From Alphaproteobacteria bacterium (GTDB lineage: Bacteria; Pseudomonadota; Alphaproteobacteria; Micropepsales; Micropepsaceae), in assembly GCA_017983635.1 (NCBI GenBank), contig JAGOBA010000006.1, positions 60,478 through 124,477 of the forward strand: a stretch of DNA of 64,000 nucleotides, written 5' to 3'. Of the stretch, positions 21,505-33,499 are shown one piece after another (position 1 is the first letter of the stretch; each line of letters opens with the position of its first letter). Both the position numbers and the translations under genes were made by a program. Under the pieces are notes generated by a model. The model saw only the letters and a program-made list of their open reading frames with translations. It had not been told where the DNA came from and searched no databases.

Positions 21505-21882
21505 ATGACCCTGATGCAGGAACTGGCGAACCAACCGGCGCCGTTGTCGTACTGGTTGAATTGGATGGGCTTCGTCAATCTAGTTCTGCCGCTTGCGTTC
21601 ATTTGGCGGCATACGGAAGCGCGCGTCGTCATCGTAGTGTTTCTGGCGAACGCAATCTTCATGAGCGTACTTTACGACTCGATGGGATACGGCAAGCATC
21701 TGGGCTTGGCCCATGTCGTGTTTTGGACACCGCTCGTCCTTTGGCTCGTAACGCGATTTGACGGTGCGCGGCAGCGTAGCGCGCTGTTGGCCGCCTACAT
21801 ACTCGTCGTTATCGCGACAAATACGATCTCGCTCGGCATCGACTATGCCGACGTGAGCCAAGCGTTTCGTCTCTTCGGTTGA
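21505..21882 (+). CDS. small integral membrane protein, function unknown
   Basis: 125 aa with 3-4 hydrophobic helices and coding-like codon usage. No family recognised. Confidence 0.6.
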   Translation: MTLMQELANQPAPLSYWLNWMGFVNLVLPLAFIWRHTEARVVIVVFLANAIFMSVLYDSMGYGKHLGLAHVVFWTPLVLWLVTRFDGARQRSALLAAYILVVIATNTISLGIDYADVSQAFRLFG

Positions 21883-21885
21883 GAA

Positions 21886-22494
21886 TTAGTCGAAGCTCGA
21901 TGTGTCGATCTTGCCGGTCCAGGCCATGATCGTCACTTGAACGATGCCGTTCTTTTCTTCGACGGGGGTGTATTCGGTGAGGATCTGCTTGCCGTTTTTC
22001 GTTTCGAGCAGGCGATAGGTGATCGAGCCGTCGCGGTCGACGAAGCGGAAGAGATTTTTGCCATGGTGAGCTTTAAGTTTTGCGAGGTCGCCTTCGCGGT
22101 AGAGGCAGACGTCGAAGTCGGTGCAGGCGTCCGTCTTCAAGCTCACGATGAGCATGCGCACGCGGTTCTCATCGAAATAGACGCCAAAGTTCTCGGGCTC
22201 CCGAAAGCCCATGAAGACGACTGATTCGCCGGCTTTGTTTGTTTGGTTTGGCGATCCGAGGATTTGCTCCACGTCGGCGGGTGTCATCCCGAGTTCGACC
22301 CCGCCGACGCCGATGCCCTCTCGGATCAGTGTGATTTTCGATGCGGTTGTAGGAGTTGGGGTTGGTGGTTGTGCCGACGTCGCCGGGGGCTGCGCCACCG
22401 GTTGTTCGGCCGGCGTTTTGGCCTTTGGTGCGGGGTCGGAGCAGGCCGCTGCCCCAAGTGTCGCGACTATCGCCAGGGTTGTACCAAGACGCAT
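21886..22494 (-). CDS. lipoprotein, function unknown
   Basis: Lipobox LGAAAC after the basic N-terminus MRLGTTLAIVAT, an Ala/Pro-rich tether, then a globular domain. Confidence 0.7.
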   Translation of the reverse strand: MRLGTTLAIVATLGAAACSDPAPKAKTPAEQPVAQPPATSAQPPTPTPTTASKITLIREGIGVGGVELGMTPADVEQILGSPNQTNKAGESVVFMGFREPENFGVYFDENRVRMLIVSLKTDACTDFDVCLYREGDLAKLKAHHGKNLFRFVDRDGSITYRLLETKNGKQILTEYTPVEEKNGIVQVTIMAWTGKIDTSSFD

Positions 22495-22646
22495 GAAAGT
22501 GCCCCTCCGTTTGGTGTCGCGGAGGATGCGGGATTGGACGCCCTAACGGCAACCCTCCGGTCCGGATTTTTGGCGGAAACGTTCAGCGATTTGAACAGCT
22601 CAGGTAGTGGCCGAAATGGCGATGCAACTTCTACTACGCTTTTGAA

Positions 22647-22661
22647 GAACCGTTCCCGAAC
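22647..22661. promoter_or_regulatory. candidate alphaproteobacterial LexA (SOS) box, GAAC-N7-GAAC
   Basis: Exact GAACcgttcccGAAC in the divergent intergenic region, 216 bp upstream of bamD-recN-ligA. On the opposite strand it reads GTTC-N7-GTTC. Confidence 0.4.
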
Positions 22662-22876
22662 CTCCCGACAACGGACAACGGACGAGATTTATTTGCGATT
22701 CCTCCAAACCGAAAGTTGCGTCCTGTGGTTGGTCTTTTTCCGCGGTAGCGGCGCAGAATCCGGCTTGTGCGCGCTAGCGGGCGAGGCACGCTTACGGTAA
22801 AGACAAATGCCCGGGCGGGCGCCTCTAAAGTCGGGCGCCGGACGGGCGTTTTGCTCCTCGAACCTAGTCGGTACCC

Positions 22877-23857
22877 ATGCCCTCATTTCGCTTGCGTTTG
22901 GTTCAAGCCGCTGCCGTTTTGACGATTGCGATGCCGCTCGCGGCCTGCGCGGGGGACGATGATGCGCCCCGGCCGCGCGCCGAGGTTCGGGAGACCCCTG
23001 TCGAGCAGCTCTATCAAGATGCGCTCGTGCAACTCGACAAGGCCAATTGGGTTCCCTGCGCGCAGTCCTTCGACGAGGTGGAGCGGCAGCATCCCTATTC
23101 GGTGTGGGCGCGGCGCGCGATCTTGATGTCGGCGTTCTGTTATTACCAAGCGAACAAGTACACGGATGCGATTCAGGCGTCCGACCGGTTCATCACGCTG
23201 CATCCGGGCAACAAGGATGCTCCGTATGCGTACTATCTGAAGGCGGTGTCGCTTTATGAGCAGATCGTCGACGTCGGTCGCGATCAGCGCCGTACGGAGC
23301 AGGCGATGGCGGCGCTGAGCGATTTGATCCGGCGTTTCCCGCAGACGGACTACGCGCGCGATGCGCGGTTGAAGCTTGACCTCACGCGCGATCACTTGGC
23401 GGGTAAGGAAATGGCGATCGGCCGCTATTACCTGAAGCGCGCCGAGCAGGTGGCGGCGATCGGTCGATTCCGGAACGTGATCGAGAAGTACCAAACGACG
23501 AGCCACGTGCCCGAGGCGCTGCACCGCCTGGTGGAAGCGTATCTGGCGCTGGGCGTCGTGAAGGAAGCGCGCGCGTCCGCCGCGGTGCTCGGCAACAACT
23601 ATCCCGGGAGCGAGTGGTACGAGGATTCGTACGCCTTGATGCAGGAGTACGGCAAGAAGGAGGGCGGCGTGCCGGTGTCGAGCGTGCAGCTCGCGCAACC
23701 GACGGCCGCGCCCGCGGCAGCTGCGCCGGCGGTTGCGGCTCCTGCTGCCACGAACGTGCTGGCGCCACCGGAGATGGACAAGAAGCCTGATGAAGGCAAG
23801 GCGAAGGCCGACAGCGAGAAGAAGGACGAGGGCGGCGGCTGGTTCAACTGGTTCTGA
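22877..23857 (+). CDS. bamD: outer membrane protein assembly factor BamD (ComL/YfiO)
   Basis: Lipobox PLAAC and TPR-like body (YQDALVQLDKANW..., YAYYLKAVSLYEQ, IGRYYLKR). Has an unusually long Ala/Pro/Lys-rich C-terminal tail ending in GGGWFNWF. Confidence 0.88.
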   Translation: MPSFRLRLVQAAAVLTIAMPLAACAGDDDAPRPRAEVRETPVEQLYQDALVQLDKANWVPCAQSFDEVERQHPYSVWARRAILMSAFCYYQANKYTDAIQASDRFITLHPGNKDAPYAYYLKAVSLYEQIVDVGRDQRRTEQAMAALSDLIRRFPQTDYARDARLKLDLTRDHLAGKEMAIGRYYLKRAEQVAAIGRFRNVIEKYQTTSHVPEALHRLVEAYLALGVVKEARASAAVLGNNYPGSEWYEDSYALMQEYGKKEGGVPVSSVQLAQPTAAPAAAAPAVAAPAATNVLAPPEMDKKPDEGKAKADSEKKDEGGGWFNWF

Positions 23858-23907
23858 GTCGTCGAGCCCGGCCGTGACGATGTTGTGGTCAACAGCGCAA
23901 TGACACC

Positions 23908-27698
<3,791 letters not shown>

Positions 27699-27720
27699 AG
27701 CGACACCCCTTCGAGTGTCA

Positions 27721-27740
27721 TGGTCCGCGAAGGCGGACCA
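27721..27740. terminator. hairpin between convergent ligA and the VOC gene (part of a small palindromic element)
   Basis: UGGUCCGC-GAAG-GCGGACCA stem-loop, flanked by the outer inverted repeat GTGTCAT/ATGACAC. No U-tract. Confidence 0.4.
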
Positions 27741-27782
27741 CCCACGACTTTCTTTCGCGTCGATGACACCAATGGTGTGGTG

Positions 27783-28583
27783 TCAGGTTTCAGCGAACTC
27801 AATCACGACGCCATGCGCGGCATGCGCTGGCACGGTCACGGTGTTGCGGGTTTCGTGATGTGGAATCTTCGCCATTGAGAGCATTGCGGCGGCGGCGTCG
27901 GGTTCGTTGACTCGGACGGTCATTGCGACGATGCCGTGTTTCGGAGCGCCTTGCATGGACTTGCCAAAGCGGCGTTCGATCTCGGCGGGCGTTGTCAGTG
28001 TGATTTGCGCATTTGCGAGCGCGGCTGGGACGAGTTGGCTTTGCGCGGCGGCAATGTCGTCCACGGCGACGATCACCTCGGCGACGCCGGTGGCGCCGCT
28101 TGGGTGGAGTTGCCACTCGTGGCGAGCGCGGGTGAGTTCGGGTGTCTGGTGGGTGCAGACGAACTGCATGGTCTCCGGCAGCTGCAAACCGGGCAGCATG
28201 ATGTTGCGGAAGCGGACCATTTCGCGTTGGCCATCGAGATTGAGTGGGCGGGATAAGTCGTTCGGCGTTTCGGCCTCGATGCCGGCGGCGCGGAGGGCGG
28301 CGTGGGTCTTGTCCGCATCGTCGGCACCGTAGGCGATCGCCATGCCGCCTTCACCGCGATCGTTGACGCGCTGCGCTAGGCGGCCCTTGGCGCCCGTTTC
28401 GTCGACGATGCCGAGAAGCTCGATGTAGGTCGAGCCGAACATGATGCAATGGTTGCCGGTGCCCTTGCCTTCGTGCAGGCCGCGCGGCGTCAGCGTGAAA
28501 CCAAGCTTGCGATACGATGCGGCCGCCGCGTCCAGGTTCTTGACAGCGATCACGACGTGGTCGAGGCGGGTGATGGGTGGCAT
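27783..28583 (-). CDS. VOC/glyoxalase-like domain protein
   Basis: N-terminus ITRLDHVVIAVKNLDAAAASYRKLGFTLTPRG...HCIMFGSTYIELLGI is typical of the glyoxalase-like fold; two-domain length. Confidence 0.75.
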   Translation of the reverse strand: MPPITRLDHVVIAVKNLDAAAASYRKLGFTLTPRGLHEGKGTGNHCIMFGSTYIELLGIVDETGAKGRLAQRVNDRGEGGMAIAYGADDADKTHAALRAAGIEAETPNDLSRPLNLDGQREMVRFRNIMLPGLQLPETMQFVCTHQTPELTRARHEWQLHPSGATGVAEVIVAVDDIAAAQSQLVPAALANAQITLTTPAEIERRFGKSMQGAPKHGIVAMTVRVNEPDAAAAMLSMAKIPHHETRNTVTVPAHAAHGVVIEFAET

Positions 28584-28664
28584 TCCTGGGAGCGCCGGCT
28601 TCTAGCCGGCCCTTTCTGAGGTGAAAGAAGAAGGGAAGAGCCGGCTGGAAGCCGGCGCTCCCAG
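28584..28664. repeat. nested palindromic REP-like element
   Basis: 26-nt arms CCTGGGAGCGCCGGCTTCTAGCCGGC / GCCGGCTGGAAGCCGGCGCTCCCAGG with 1 mismatch. Each arm contains its own GCCGGC-N5-GCCGGC hairpin. It fills the whole gap between two same-strand genes. Confidence 0.85.
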
Positions 28665-28665
28665 G

Positions 28666-30489
28666 CTAGAGCGCTCTCGTTGACTCGGTGATCCACGACT
28701 CCGTGGCCGCATCGGTTTTGCCGGCGAGCACTTTGCGGACTCTCGCATGGTAGTCGTTCAGCCAGGCGCGCTCGGCGTCGCTGAGCATCTTTGCTTCTAC
28801 GAGCGCGAGGTCTATCGGCGCTAGGGTCAGCGTTTCGAATTCCATCATCTTGCGGTCGCCGCCGACGTCTTTGGGTTCGGTGACGACGATCAGGTTCTCG
28901 ATGCGGATGCCGTAGTGGCCGACTTTGTAATAGCCGGGTTCGTTCGAGACGATCATGCCGGGCTTGAGGGCGACGTTGATCATGCGTTTGGATATGTTCT
29001 GCGGGCCTTCGTGGACACTCAAGTACGCGCCGACGCCGTGGCCGGTGCCGTGGTCATAGTCGAAGCCGCCCTCCCACAACGCCACGCGGGCAAGCGTGTC
29101 GAGTTGCACGCCGGTCGTGCCTTCGGGAAAGCGCGCACGGGCGAGCGCGATGTGGCCCTTCAGCACGCGGGTGAAGCGGTCTTTCATTTCCGCCGTCGGC
29201 GTACCGACCACGATCGTGCGCGTGACGTCGGTCGTGCCGTCGAGATATTGGCCGCCCGAGTCGATGAGATAGATCTCGCCCGACTGAATCTTTCGGTTCG
29301 TTTTTTTGGTGACGCGGTAGTGCGGCAGGGCGCCGTTCGGGCCGGCGCCGGAGATCGAACCGAAGCTGAGGTCCTTCAGTGCGCCGGTTTCGCTGCGGAA
29401 ATCTTCCAGCACCCGGCAGGCTTCGATTTCGTCAATGTTGCCTTTCGGGCCCTCTTTCGCGAGCCAGGCCAAGAAACGCGAGAGCGCCGCGCCATCGCGT
29501 TCGTGGGCGCGGCGCGTACCGTTCAGCTCGGTCGCGTTCTTGCATGCTTTCGGCAGTAGGACAGGATCGGCAGCGCGCACGAGATCGGCACCGCCGGCTT
29601 TCAGTTGATCGAACAGCCAGGCAGATGCGGTCGCGGGATCGATCTGGATGCGCTTGCCTTTTTGCGCTTTCAAGTGCGCGCCCAGTTCCTCTTGAGCGCG
29701 GACGGTGACGCGGTTGCCGAGCCATGCTTCGATGCCGGGCGTGAACTTGCGGCGATCGATGAAAAGTTCGACGTGCCCGTCGTTGTTCAGCATCGCGAAG
29801 GCGTGCGGGAACGGCGTGTGCGGTACGTCGGAGCCACGGATGTTTAGGAGCCAGGCGATCGACTCCGGCAGTGTCAGCATGGCGGCGTCGGTCTTAGCAT
29901 CGCGTAGGGTTTTGGCGATGCGGTCGCGCTTAGCTTCGGAAGCTTCGCCCGCGTATTCGAGCGGCTGAGTTGTCACGGCGCCAAGCGGTGGCGCCGGTTG
30001 ATCGTCCCAGGTGGCGTCGAGTGGATTGTCCGCACAGGCGACGAGGGTGCCGCCGGCCTTTGCAGCGGCGGATTGCAGGGCCTCGACGCCGGACGCGCTG
30101 TGCAGCCATGGGTCGTAGGCGAGCTTTGCGCCCTTCGGCAGATTCTCGGCGATCCAATCGGGCGGCGGTTCGTCGACGAGGGAGCGGTACTCGAACGCGG
30201 CGCCGTCGACTTGCTCTGCGGTTTGCACGGTGTAGCGGCCATCGGTGAAGATCGCGGCCTTGTCGAGCAATACGACTGCGGCGCCGGCGGAGCCGGTGAA
30301 GCCCGTCAGGTAGGCGAGCCGGTCGGCCCGCGGGGGCACGTATTCGCCTTGGTATTCGTCGGCGCGCGGGATGATGAAACCATCGAGCCCGCGGCGCTTG
30401 AGTTCCGTGCGGAGGGCGGCCAGGCGCGGCGGACCTTGGGCCGGGCTGGTGGTTTCGGCGAAGGATTGGAACTTGGTTTGGTGCAGCAT
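28666..30489 (-). CDS. aminopeptidase P family (M24B Xaa-Pro aminopeptidase)
   Basis: Creatinase/prolidase N-domains plus the M24 catalytic domain with HGTGHGVG and the metal-ligand context (YLIDSGGQY, NEPGYY). Confidence 0.88.
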   Translation of the reverse strand: MLHQTKFQSFAETTSPAQGPPRLAALRTELKRRGLDGFIIPRADEYQGEYVPPRADRLAYLTGFTGSAGAAVVLLDKAAIFTDGRYTVQTAEQVDGAAFEYRSLVDEPPPDWIAENLPKGAKLAYDPWLHSASGVEALQSAAAKAGGTLVACADNPLDATWDDQPAPPLGAVTTQPLEYAGEASEAKRDRIAKTLRDAKTDAAMLTLPESIAWLLNIRGSDVPHTPFPHAFAMLNNDGHVELFIDRRKFTPGIEAWLGNRVTVRAQEELGAHLKAQKGKRIQIDPATASAWLFDQLKAGGADLVRAADPVLLPKACKNATELNGTRRAHERDGAALSRFLAWLAKEGPKGNIDEIEACRVLEDFRSETGALKDLSFGSISGAGPNGALPHYRVTKKTNRKIQSGEIYLIDSGGQYLDGTTDVTRTIVVGTPTAEMKDRFTRVLKGHIALARARFPEGTTGVQLDTLARVALWEGGFDYDHGTGHGVGAYLSVHEGPQNISKRMINVALKPGMIVSNEPGYYKVGHYGIRIENLIVVTEPKDVGGDRKMMEFETLTLAPIDLALVEAKMLSDAERAWLNDYHARVRKVLAGKTDAATESWITESTRAL

Positions 30490-30498
30490 GGGGGCAAC

Positions 30499-31533
30499 CT
30501 ATTCGGCTGCCGCGCGCGTCTCAAGGGCGGAGTGCTGCCCGTGAATTTGGCGATAGGCGGCCGGGGTGACGCCGAAGCGGCGAGCAAAGGCGCGGATCAA
30601 GTGGTCGGGGCCGGAAAAGCCGGCGCGGGCGGCGACCGTGGCCAGATCCAGCTTGGCCTCGTCCAGCCAGCGGCGGGCAGCATCCAGGCGGACGGATTCA
30701 ACGAACTTCGCAGGCGACACTTTCAGTTCGTCCTGCATGTGGCGGTGGAACGAGCGGGGACTCATGGCGACGCGGGCGGCCAGCGTCTCGACGTCGAGGC
30801 GCTTGGTGAGGTTTGCTTCGACCCAGCTGGCCAGGTTGGCGAGCTTGTCGTCCTTCACGTCCTGCGCCTTGAGTGCGGCGGAGAACTGAGTCTGGTGGCC
30901 GGGGCGGCGCATATAGACGACCAGGCGGCGCGCGACAGCCATCGCGATCTCGCGGCCGTGATCCGCTTCGACGAGCGCGAGCGCCATGTCGATGCCGGTG
31001 GTGACGCCGGCCGAGGTCCAGCACTTGCCGTCGGTGACGTAGATCGATTCCGGATCGACGGTGATGTCGGGGAAGCGCTTTTGCAGTTCCGCGGTCGAGG
31101 CCCAGTGTGTTGCGGCGTTGCGGCCGCTGAGGATGCCCGTTGACGCCAGGAGGAAGGCGCCGGAGCAAACGGAGCACGCGCGCTTCGCGGCGTGTGCCGC
31201 CTCGTTGATCCAGCGCATGAGGGCTTTGTCGCGCGCGGCGGCGCGCAGAGGTTCCTCTTCGCCGCCGGGGCACAGAAGCGTATCCACGCTCTTTGCGGGT
31301 ACGGTGCGCAGGCTATCTGCGTAGAGAGCGAAGCCCGCTGATGTCATCACCGCGCCGGGCACGGCTGCGACGAATTTGATGCGATAGGCCTCGCGGCCGA
31401 GCGATTGGTTGGCGCTGCCGAATACCTGCGCGGGACCGGCCGCGTCCAGCGACTGGAGACCGGGGAAGATCGGGATTGCGACTAGTCTGGGAGCGCTGGC
31501 GTACCGCCCGCTCTTCTTCTCTCTCCTGGTCAT
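30499..31533 (-). CDS. GlxA-family transcriptional regulator (DJ-1/PfpI-like N-domain + AraC HTH)
   Basis: N-terminal DJ-1-like domain (VCSGAFLLA) and C-terminal AraC HTH (RSFHRHMQDELKVSPAKFVESVRLDAARRWL). Divergent from a DJ-1 gene pair. Confidence 0.88.
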   Translation of the reverse strand: MTRREKKSGRYASAPRLVAIPIFPGLQSLDAAGPAQVFGSANQSLGREAYRIKFVAAVPGAVMTSAGFALYADSLRTVPAKSVDTLLCPGGEEEPLRAAARDKALMRWINEAAHAAKRACSVCSGAFLLASTGILSGRNAATHWASTAELQKRFPDITVDPESIYVTDGKCWTSAGVTTGIDMALALVEADHGREIAMAVARRLVVYMRRPGHQTQFSAALKAQDVKDDKLANLASWVEANLTKRLDVETLAARVAMSPRSFHRHMQDELKVSPAKFVESVRLDAARRWLDEAKLDLATVAARAGFSGPDHLIRAFARRFGVTPAAYRQIHGQHSALETRAAAE

Positions 31534-31661
31534 CGCAGCTTCACCTCAGCAAAAAGCGGGCGGGACGCCTGCGGTCCCAGACTGGCAGCAATCATCGATT
31601 GTTTGTCATTTATGCCATGGGTGGACCGTGCTAGCAAGGAGACGATCGAAGGAGACACCCC

Positions 31662-32354
31662 ATGACTTTCCACGTTGGTTTCTTGCTCTATCCGAACTTG
31701 ACGCAGCTGGACCTCACTGGGCCGGCGCAATTCCTCTCTCGCGCGCCGGGGGCGAAGGCGCATTACATCTGGAAGACGTTGGCGCCGGTTCCATCGGATG
31801 CGGGGTTGTCGTTGATGCCGACGACGACGTTTCAGGATTGTCCGCAGCTGGACCTGATCTGTGTGCCGGGCGGGGCGGGGCAGGTTGCGTTAATGACCGA
31901 TGAGGAAGTCCTGAGCTTTCTGCGCAAGCAGGCGGAGAAGGCGAAGTACGTAACGTCGGTGTGTACCGGCTCGCTTGTGCTTGGCGCGGCGGGTTTGCTG
32001 AAGGGATACAAGTCGGCGTGTCACTGGGCATGGCGCGACTTTCTGCCGGCGTTCGGTGCGATACCGGTCAACGCGCGCGTCGTGAAGGATCGCAACCGGA
32101 TCTCCGGCGGCGGGGTGACGGCGGGTATCGACTTTGCGTTGACGGTGATCGCGGAAGAGTGGGGCGAGGACGTGGCCAAGCAGATGCAGCTGGGCTTCGA
32201 GTACGACCCGCAGCCGCCGTTCAACTGCGGATCGCCCGAGCGTGCGGGGCCGGAGCGCGTTGCGTTCGCGAAGAAGGCCTTCGAAGGTCTGCTGACGGAG
32301 CGCGAGATCGTGAATGCTCAGGCTGCGGCTCGCTTGAGGGAAAGCGTGTCATGA
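31662..32354 (+). CDS. DJ-1/PfpI family protein (isonitrile-hydratase-like)
   Basis: Nucleophile elbow SVCTGSLVLGAAGLL and DRNRISGGGVTAGIDFAL. Confidence 0.85.
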   Translation: MTFHVGFLLYPNLTQLDLTGPAQFLSRAPGAKAHYIWKTLAPVPSDAGLSLMPTTTFQDCPQLDLICVPGGAGQVALMTDEEVLSFLRKQAEKAKYVTSVCTGSLVLGAAGLLKGYKSACHWAWRDFLPAFGAIPVNARVVKDRNRISGGGVTAGIDFALTVIAEEWGEDVAKQMQLGFEYDPQPPFNCGSPERAGPERVAFAKKAFEGLLTEREIVNAQAAARLRESVS

Positions 32355-33499
32355 GCGTCGCGTTTCACCTCTTGCGTTTTGGCGTTTTGGTTGTCGTCGC
32401 TTTGGCGGTACTGCTCGTCGCGGGTGTGATTGCGTTCATCCCGGCCGAGCGTCAGGCGAGCGCGGTGCCCATCGTGATCAGCGCCGGGGAAGCTGCGGCG
32501 ACGCTTGAGGCGATGAAGCCGCCGAAGCGCGCGCGTCCGGTGGTCGCCGTGGTGGGCGCGAACAGCGGAACGGAGACGACGGACTATCTTGTTCCCTACG
32601 GCGTATTGAGACGCTCAGGCGTTGCCGATGTGTTTGCGTTGAGCACGAAGGGTGGGCCGTTGAAACTCATGCCGGCGCTCACCATTGTGCCGGATGCTAC
32701 GACGGCCGAGTTCGTGCGTCGTTATCCGGACGGCGCCGACTACGTGATTGTGCCGGCGCTGCACGATCCGACGGATGCGGACGTGCGCGCGTTCATCCGG
32801 GCGCAGGCGGCACTTGGCGCGACTATCGTCAGCATTTGCGACGGGACGCTGGTGATGGCCAATGCCGGGATGCTGAGCGGTCATCGCGCGACGGGGCATT
32901 GGTTCAACATCGATGACGTGGCGAAGGCGCATCCGACGATGCAGCGCGTGCGTGACCGGCGGTATGTTGCGGATCGCGGTATCGTCACGACGACCGGTGT
33001 CAGCGCTTCGGTTCCCGTGTCGCTCGCGCTCGTCGAGGCGATCGCCGGGCGCGAGCGCGCGGCGGCGCTGGCGCAGGAAATTGGTGCGCGCGGATGGAGC
33101 GCCGAGCACGACAGCGGCGCGTTTCATCTCATCCGCGACGACGTTTGGATGATCCTTGGCAATCTGATCATGGGTCTGTTCGATCGCGAGACCATAGCCG
33201 TGCGCGTTCAGGACGGCGGCGACATCATCGCGGCGGCGTTCATGGCGGACTCCTACGGCCGTACATTTCGCGCGCGCGCGGTTGTCGTTGGGTCGCAGCC
33301 GGTTCGCACGGCGGAGGGGTTGCAGATTCTGCCTGACGCCAGTCGCGCGGCGGTAGACATTGCCGTCGATTTACCGAAAGACACGCCGGCGCACGCGCTC
33401 GACCTCGCGCTCGGCGGCATCAAGGCGCGCTATGGCGATGCGACGGCGGCGTTCGTTCGGGTGCAACTCGAGGACCGCGGGCATACGACCGGCGGTTAG
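32351..33499 (+). CDS. membrane-anchored DJ-1/PfpI-domain protein with an extra C-terminal domain
   Basis: N-terminal TM (FGVLVVVALAVLLVAGVIAF), DJ-1 core (ICDGTLVMANAGML, TTTGVSASVPVSLAL) and about 150 further residues of unknown fold. ATG 32351 overlaps the upstream stop (ATGA). Confidence 0.75.
   Translation: MSVAFHLLRFGVLVVVALAVLLVAGVIAFIPAERQASAVPIVISAGEAAATLEAMKPPKRARPVVAVVGANSGTETTDYLVPYGVLRRSGVADVFALSTKGGPLKLMPALTIVPDATTAEFVRRYPDGADYVIVPALHDPTDADVRAFIRAQAALGATIVSICDGTLVMANAGMLSGHRATGHWFNIDDVAKAHPTMQRVRDRRYVADRGIVTTTGVSASVPVSLALVEAIAGRERAAALAQEIGARGWSAEHDSGAFHLIRDDVWMILGNLIMGLFDRETIAVRVQDGGDIIAAAFMADSYGRTFRARAVVVGSQPVRTAEGLQILPDASRAAVDIAVDLPKDTPAHALDLALGGIKARYGDATAAFVRVQLEDRGHTTGG

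Noticed and set aside
29998-31143. 381-aa plus-strand ORF spanning the pepP/glxA junction. Similar cases: 38198-39289 (+), 40618-41610 (-), 50026-51384 (+), 53464-54483 (-), 55515-56294 (+), 59538-60431 (-), 36622-37785 (-).
   Set aside because: They are antisense to well-supported genes, have Gly/Arg/Ala-rich low-complexity translations, and cross real gene boundaries.
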